A DNA stretch of 64,000 bases from the human T2T-CHM13v2.0 reference genome, Homo sapiens, in NCBI RefSeq assembly GCF_009914755.1, contig NC_060931.1; one strand, given 5' to 3'. A program made the position numbers and the translations under genes. The notes below the pieces were generated by a model. That model had not been told where the DNA came from. It was given only the letters and a program-made list of their open reading frames with translations, and made no database searches. Positions 42,000 to 64,000 of the stretch are shown one piece after another; position 1 is the stretch's first letter, and every line of letters starts with the position of its first letter.

Positions 42000-43546
42000 T
42001 CATGCCCCTGTGGTCCCAGCTACTTAGGAGGCTGAGGCAGGAGGATGGCTTGAGCCCAGGAGGTGGAGACTGCAGTGAGCTGTGATTACACCACCATACT
42101 CCAGCCTAGGCCACAGAGCATCTCCCTTTCCCTGCAGGAAGGTGGGAACCCACCAGTCCCAGAAGCAGAAGAGAGGAACCCAGAGAGGGGCACAGCCATG
42201 CCGGCCCAGACGCCTGCAGGACCGAGTGTACGGAGGGACAGCCGGGCAGCCCGGCACGGGGAGAAGCGTGTTGACGAGGGCGCCTGGACACGGGCCTCCA
42301 GGGCTACCTGGACCTCCAACATCAACGTAGCTCCTGTATCAAAGCAGAAGCTGAGCCCACCATGCACCCCTCAGTCAGGACTGCAAGGGGCCCTGCCTGT
42401 GGACCTCACGGGGAAACTGAGGCCCAGAAGGGCAGTGACAGGTCTCAGGCAGGACTGGGGCAACGGAGGGCCACTCCAGAGTCCCACAGCTGTGCTGAGA
42501 AATCGAGTCATGAGATCAAGCTTCCTTCTCCCAGGGGAGACAGCCGTCCCAGCTTACAGAATCCCAGAGGCTCAGCCACCTGAAGGGGCCACCCTCACGC
42601 CCCCTGGGTCCTCCTGGAGTCTGGGACAAGCTTTGAGCACAGGGCTCTCCCCGTGCCCCCAGAAGAGGCAGGCACTTAGAGTGCAGCCTGGGCTGCCCCA
42701 AGCCCTCTGTCCCCCCGACTGTCCCGGCTGTCACTGTGAATGGTCTCAGGGGCTTCCCATCCCAAGCGCCACCTGCCACAGAAGCCAGTCTGCTGGCCAG
42801 CCCCATATCAGAGCACCTGCCACCCTCAGGGCCTCAAGGGCCACAGCCCCAGGTTGCTCCCTGCAAATGTGGTTGGCCTCTGAAGAGAGATAGTGAGCCC
42901 TCTGTCCCCCACCCCTGCGCTTGGCCGGGCCCCTCCTCTACCCTCCTCACTCTGTGGCCCTCCATCCGCTCTAATCCTGGTCCTATCTGTCACCCCACAG
43001 GCCCAAGTGGGGACCTGGCCGGCCTCTCGAGGATGCCCCACCCTCTCTGCACATGTCACACTTGTCCCCTTCCCCACCTCTGGGCCACACACACACCATT
43101 CCCACCACCTGGACCTCCACCATCAGAGCTCAGCTTCAAGTGCCACTTCCTCCAGGAAGCCCTCCCTGACCACCTCTGCTCCATCACGTTCTCTTGACTA
43201 TACACAGCTATTCTGCTTATTGATCATTCACTGTCTGTGTCCTCGAGGCTGCAGTGAGCCATGACTGCACCACTGAACTCCAACCTGGGCAACGGAGTGA
43301 GACCCTGTTTCCAAAAAAAAAGAAAAAGAAAGGAAAGAAGGAAAGACTGAAAGAAAGAAAAGTAAACTCAGGTCGGGTGCAGTGACTCACGCCTGTAATC
43401 CCAGCACTTTGGGAGGCCAAGGTGGGCAGACCACCCAAGGTCAGGAGTTCAAGACCAGCCTGGCTAACATGGTGAAACCTCGGCTCTACTAAAAATACAA
43501 AAATTAGCTGGGCACGGTGGCAGGTGCCTGTAATCCCAGCAACTCA

Positions 43547-43669
<123 letters not shown>

Positions 43670-43729
43670 TTAAATAATAAAAATAAAAAATAAAATAAAG
43701 TGGATAAATAAACAAAGGCTGTCCCTGTG

Positions 43730-43885
43730 CCCAGCAGGGCCCCAGGCCACTTTGCAAACATGAACTCATTCAATCACCATCAACCCAGGAGGCAGATCCC
43801 AGCCCTCATCCCTATCTTCCAGATGAGGAAACTGAGGCACAGGGAGATAAAGAAACATGCCCAAGTCACAAGACTAACATGGAGG
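43730..43885 (-). mobile_element. MIR (others near 7160, 8400, 16470, 19490, 20860, 22230, 37110, 52640, 56810)
   Basis: cagatgaggaaactgaggcacag...tgcccaagtcaca core. Confidence 0.75.
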
Positions 43886-44156
43886 CGTCATGGCTGTGAT
43901 CAGCGTCCAAGTCGGCCCTGCTGACCACCAACATACACGGCCCCACACAGGGAGTGCCACAGGGCCCTCTCCAGCCACGTCACTGCCGCCCCCTCTCTGC
44001 AGGCCGCCCAGAGGCCCAGCCCCAGCCCAGGGCCCATGGTGGGGTGAGGGTGTCCTGCAGCAAAAGCCCCCGAGTCTGCAGCGCTAACGACTCCACTCAC
44101 AGGTCACACGCCCCACATCGCAGCCATTAGGAACCCAAGGCTCACGCAGAGGCCCC

Positions 44157-44170
44157 GTTCCCATGGCAAC
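44157..44170. promoter_or_regulatory. RFX X-box motif
   Basis: GTTCCCATGGCAAC, one mismatch from the palindrome GTTGCCATGGCAAC. Confidence 0.45.
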
Positions 44171-45610
44171 CCCTTCCTGGCCTCTCTCTGAGCAGTTCCA
44201 GATAGGGTTGCTCTCCAGGGGTCCGGGGAAGCGGATCGGGGGGGAGTGACTGGATAGAGGCCCCAGCAGGCTTGTCACCAACACCATGGCGTACACCCGG
44301 CTCTGCACCCCCAGCCGCCCCCTGTGAAGCTGGAGGTGGGGACATCCCCACAGCCCCTCCCTCCCAGACCTGGCCCCACCCTAGAGGTGATGGGCCAGTG
44401 AAGAGGTAGGAAAGACAAAACTCAGCTCAGGGCTCCCCGCTCAGCCTTGCCTCATCCCTGCAGGCCTGTCTCCCCATCTGAATGGGGAGAGTAACAGCCC
44501 CTCCTCTGCACAGGTCCACGCCCTCACAGGAGACCTCATGGAGCTGTCTGTTCATACGGGCTGCTGGCTCAACGGCAACGATTGCTTTCTATTTTTGGGG
44601 TGGGGGCAGGATCTTACTCTGCCACCCAGGTTGGGGCTCAGTGGTGCGATCTCACTGCAGCCTCGACCTGCTGGGGTCAGGTGATCCTTCCCTGCTTCAG
44701 CCTCCCAGTAGCTGGGACTATAGATGCCACACCACTATGCTCGGATGATTTATTTTTATTTTTATTTTTGTAGAGTCGGGGTTTCACTATGTTGCCTAGG
44801 CTAGTCTCCCAACTCCTGAGCTCAAGCGATCTGCCCACCTTGGCCTCCCAAAGAGCTGGGATTACAGGCATGAGCCGCCGCATCTGGCAAGGATGCCCCT
44901 TATCGTTCTTAGCTTCTTGGGCATGGGGGCTCTGACTGCGTGGGGCTCACAAATGTAGGTAATGCCTGTCCTTCATCCATCTCAAGGTCCAAGGCCCCCT
45001 GAGGCCAGACCTAGATCCTATGTGAGAACAGGAAGACCCAGGGCTCCCCTGCACAGGCAGGTGCATTCTAAGACCCTAATGCCTGAATATGAGCAGATGA
45101 GAGAGAGGCGTTTATAACGCACCCACTATGTGCCCGTCAGCCCACCCAGCATCAAGCAGATGAGCCGCCCCCAGAGGCCAGAGGGCTCGAGGCTCTTGTT
45201 CAAGGTTACGTAGCTACAAAGGGCAGAGCTTGGACTTAAACCCATTGACAAAGGCAGAGGGCTCGCTCCAAAAAGCAAGAGACTGGGGCGAGAACCCAGG
45301 AGACCAGTGTGACAACCCGACTGTCCTCAGCTGGGGGAACTGCCCAGACACAGGCGTCCCAGGGCGTCTCTCTCCTCCCTCCTTTCAAAGTGGCTCAGCA
45401 CTCAGGCTGGACTGCCCAGAGAGAAATGACCACTTCTTATGGGATTTTTTTTTTTAAGGAGAGAAAGAATCCAGCCCCCTACTTTTTTGTTCTTTTAGAG
45501 ACCGGGTCTCACTCTGTTGCCCAGACTGGAGCGCAGTGGTGCAATCATAGTTCAATGCAGCCTTGACCTCCTGGGCTCAAACTATCCTCCCACTTTAGCC
45601 TCCTAAGTAG

Positions 45611-45859
<249 letters not shown>

Positions 45860-46892
45860 TAACCAGTCTGATCTCAAACTCCTGACCTCGGGTGATCCAC
45901 CCGCCTCGGTCTCCCAAAGTGCTGGGATTACAGGCGTGAGCCACCACGCCCAACCTATTTTTATTTTTTGTAGAGACAAGGTCTTGCTAGGTCGCCCAGG
46001 CTGGCCTCAACCTCCTAAGCTCAAGTGATCCTCCTACGTTGGCCTTCCGAAGTGCTGGGATTACAGGCCTGAGCCACCATACCCAGCCCCCAACCAGTCA
46101 CCTACTTTTCAAACATCAGCACCAACAGAGAAGAGCAGCTTCAGATAAATCCCCAAACATCTCATCCCAAACCTCTGGCACACCCTCCCTCCCTCCCTCA
46201 CATTCGCATGTCCCCCTCCCCCACACAAACACACGCACAGCCTCTTGGGCACAGACAGGTACTCTGGGATCTCAGATGGACTCCAGTGACCGTGAGCCCC
46301 CAACAAAGGTGCCACCCCATGTGACGGGAGGATCCTTCCAGAGAAAGGCTCAAAGAGATCTCCTGCCTCCCAGGGGGGCCCACAGCCCCAAACCTCTGAG
46401 CAGGAGACCTTTTTCCATCACCAAGCTGGCCACCTCCAATCCAAGCGCTGTTGGCCCCTCCCTCCTTCTGTCCCAGAATAAGGCAGGTTCTCATGCAAAG
46501 CCCCAGGGTCAGAGTGTAGCGGGGCTTCCCTGGCTCCAGGAGCTCCACACAGAGCAGTGTGTTCATTCAGTCAGTCAACAAACACTCACTGAGCATCGCT
46601 CACCATGAGCCAGCCCTGCTGGATGAAGAGAATTCCAAGACAAGCCTGACAGAGCCCCACCTCCCAACTCAAAATCCAAAGACTTCAGGGCCATCCCCGG
46701 AAGGCAGGAGCATCTGGAGCTCGGCCAGAGACAGGCCCGGTCCAAGGTGGCTCCACGGGGAGGTGAAGGCACAGAGGATGGGGAGACATGGCCGTGCAGG
46801 AAGTGGGAAGGGCACTGCAGGCGGGAGGTCCAGCACCAGATACCCAGGACCGGCTGGGGCAGGCATCAGGGTGGTGGGAAAGTGACACAGCT

Positions 46893-48790
<1,898 letters not shown>

Positions 48791-49360
48791 CTAAAGAATC
48801 CAAAATATAACAGATACTCATAAACCACTTACAGGCACGTAAACTCTCTACCTACCTAAAAAGTCACTCAAGTACTGAGTATCAAGACCGTGAGGATGTT
48901 GGAACCCCAGTTTCTGTCTGTTCCTCACTCATTCACTCATCCATCAAACACCTACTACGTGCCAGAGCCCAGGCTGGCTAGGTACCGGGGACACTGGAAT
49001 CGGTAAGGCACAGTTAGGTCCCTCGATGACTTCAAATTGAAGGTTTGATATTTGTCTATTCCCAAGACCATCTGTTCTCAGGAAATGACTGAAAGTATCA
49101 CGAAGGTGCGATGCACACAAAGACTGAAAGCAACGTTCCGAACACAAAACATCGGAGAAGGAACAAACGAAAATGCCCATCAAGGGAGTGGAAAACTGAA
49201 CCATGGTACATGCTCGCAACAGAACATTCAAGACCATTTTAAAAAATGATACTTATAAAGACTTAGCAATAGCAAAGGGAAAGGGCCCACACTGTAATGT
49301 ACGGGAAACGGCAGAGAGACCCAAGATCCTACCCGCACCTGGGCTCTGCCCAGGACCTAC

Positions 49361-55761
<6,401 letters not shown>

Positions 55762-56141
55762 TAGATCACACTAGGCCCTCAACTCAGGGCTCACTCCGGT
55801 GGGAAAGCGGGTAGTTCATGAATGATGAGATAATCTGTCGTCACAAGCAAGTGATGGAAGTGGGTGCGGAAGAGGGGGTCTCTGAGCTGAGCCGGAGGAG
55901 GACTGGAAGGTGGTCTGTGGCATGGGGTGTCAGGCTGAAAGGAGAGGAAACAGCTCATACAAATGCCCTGTGACAGTGACAAGAAGAAGCCCTGAGCGTT
56001 TGAGAAACAACAGGGAAGCCAGGTGACCTGGGACCCACCAGCCCCAGCTCAGCGATGACAACAGAGGGGCACATGAAGTGGCCAGAGTGGCTGGGACGTC
56101 AGCCCAGCAGCCCTCAGCCCCGACCCCGGCATGTTCCTTAC

Positions 56142-56297
56142 CTTCATGGGCGTGGGCGGCCCACAGCTGCACCATGGGCAGGTTGCTAGGGGTTGGGGAG
56201 CGGAAGGACAGGTCAGAGGGCAGTGGCACTGGGCTCCCATGGGACGAGGCCGAGGGCCCCATCCCGCTGGCCACAAAGCTGCCCAAGAAGGCCTCGC
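56142..56297 (-). CDS. TNRC18: TNRC18 exon 3 (156 nt, phase 1-1) EAFLGSFVAS...WAAHAHE
   Basis: Acceptor cttctctctgcag|GC, donor GAAG|gtaagg. Confidence 0.95.
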
Positions 56298-57411
56298 CTG
56301 CAGAGAGAAGTTGGGAGGACCGTCAGGCAGACAACCAGGGAGGCGCCGCCGCCCCAGCCCACCGCCCCGACCCACCGCCCCGAGACCGCCGCCTCTCCCC
56401 AGCTGTGTGGAGCTGATGCTGGCCAGGAGACCAAAGAGGGTTCCCCTGCTCCGGCCCCACCCCTGGGCTGCAAGATGGTCCTGGATCAACCCAACCAGAC
56501 CCAGGGCTTGAGAAAGCACAATACGGCAGGAAGCCCCCCACAGCAGACCCTCAGCCCTGGGCACCCCGCACCCTCGGAGGAGGGCCTTCCACCCCTGCCG
56601 CCCAACCAGCCCAGATCCGACCCGGCACCATTCTCCCCATCTGCAGGTGGAATCCTGAAGTCGGTGGCACACTGGGACTTCCAGAGGCCACAGGGCAAGG
56701 CGGTGGGGGACTTACAGGCGGGGGGCTCATATGCTGAGCTCTGCAGGCCCAGAGAGGACACCCACCCTCCAGCCAGAGAATCACCTCCCACAGCAGCCCT
56801 AGCCAGCCCCGTGTGCCCATTTCACAGAAAAAGAAGGTGAGGCTCAGAGATGGCAAGTGCCAGGTCACACAGCCAGAAAGCAGGGACTCAGAATGCAGCC
56901 CTGCAGGGTGTCCCCCAGCCCATGGCTGGCACCACCGAGCCACAGTGGCTTAGGGAATGAATCCGTGATGAATGGAGCGGCAGGCGTGGGGGCCGCTAAG
57001 GGAGCCCCGTGGAGGGCAACCCCTCCAGACAGCAGGCCCCACCCCGGGGTCACTGCCAGTAGGGGCCACGGGGCAGACTGCTGCTCAGAAACATGATGGA
57101 AATCAGCAGGGCCTGGGTGGAAGCCACAGCCAGCCCCGCCATGCCCCACGTGGCCAGGCCCACATCGGACAGGGTGCCTCCCAGCTGCCACCCAGGGGCT
57201 CTGTCCCACGAGCCCCAAACGCCATCCCCTCTAAGGGAAGACCCTGGCAGGCCTCTGGGTCACAGGTCAGAGAGAAGCATGCAGGCCCTGGCGCACGGGG
57301 CTTCCCTTACCAGGTCTCGGTTTGCACATCAACAAAATGGAGATAAACATGCCTCCCTTCGGGAATGATAGGGAAGGAAGCATGTGTTTAACCACAATGA
57401 CAATATAATGA

Positions 57412-58250
<839 letters not shown>

Positions 58251-58679
58251 AACCAGCCATGGCACCCATTCGCTAAAAGCTGGAATGCACCAGGCACCGT
58301 GCAGCTGATTTCAAATCCTCCCAGCAACACCCTCAGGAGGTGGCAGCAAAGCACCTCCAGCTGGGTGCTACCACTGGCCAGCCCCCAGCGGAGGGATTCC
58401 GTGTGTACCCTAGAGCTACCTCCTTTAAGGCCCTGTGTCGTGAGCACTGTTTACAGGGGGCATGGATAAGTTATGTGGCTTTGCAGGAGATGTGGGCTCC
58501 TAGATGGCCCCGGTCCAGCCTGTGGGAGCTCACAGATCCCAGTCCAGCCTCTGAGTCCCCAGTGCCTCCCTTCTCCCCAATAAAGGGCCTGTATACAAGT
58601 GCTCACTGACCGCCTCCCAGGGGCACAGGATCCCAGAATATCCAACCCATCTTCTTTGGGGTACATGTGGGGAAACTGA

Positions 58680-64000
<5,321 letters not shown>

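Overview
Human genomic DNA; a young AluYb9-type sequence at ~46960-47215 points to Homo sapiens. The window covers the middle of TNRC18 (chr7p22.1) on the minus strand. I resolved 16 consecutive coding exons by hand (exons 3-18 by remembered numbering; 5532 nt, 1844 codons). All have GT-AG boundaries and consistent phases, including a 129-nt AT-hook exon missed by the ORF track. The ATG exon lies beyond the right edge and the C-terminal Tudor/BAH (H3K9me3-reader) exons beyond the left edge. Introns are very Alu-rich and also hold a Tigger1 nested in an L1, plus MIR, L2, MLT1, MER20, MER58 and MADE2-like relics. The most notable structure follows exon 17: a very weak donor, an immediate in-frame stop and a ~2.4 kb repeat-free UTR-like tract with two well-formed poly(A) sites and extra 3' splice sites. 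A CCAAT/ETS/CRE promoter-like element sits one intron upstream. Together these suggest TNRC18 may be split into reader-less N-terminal and reader-only C-terminal products. Most long ORFs in the track are Alu or GC-rich artefacts. Repeat boundaries are approximate and family names come from remembered consensus sequences.
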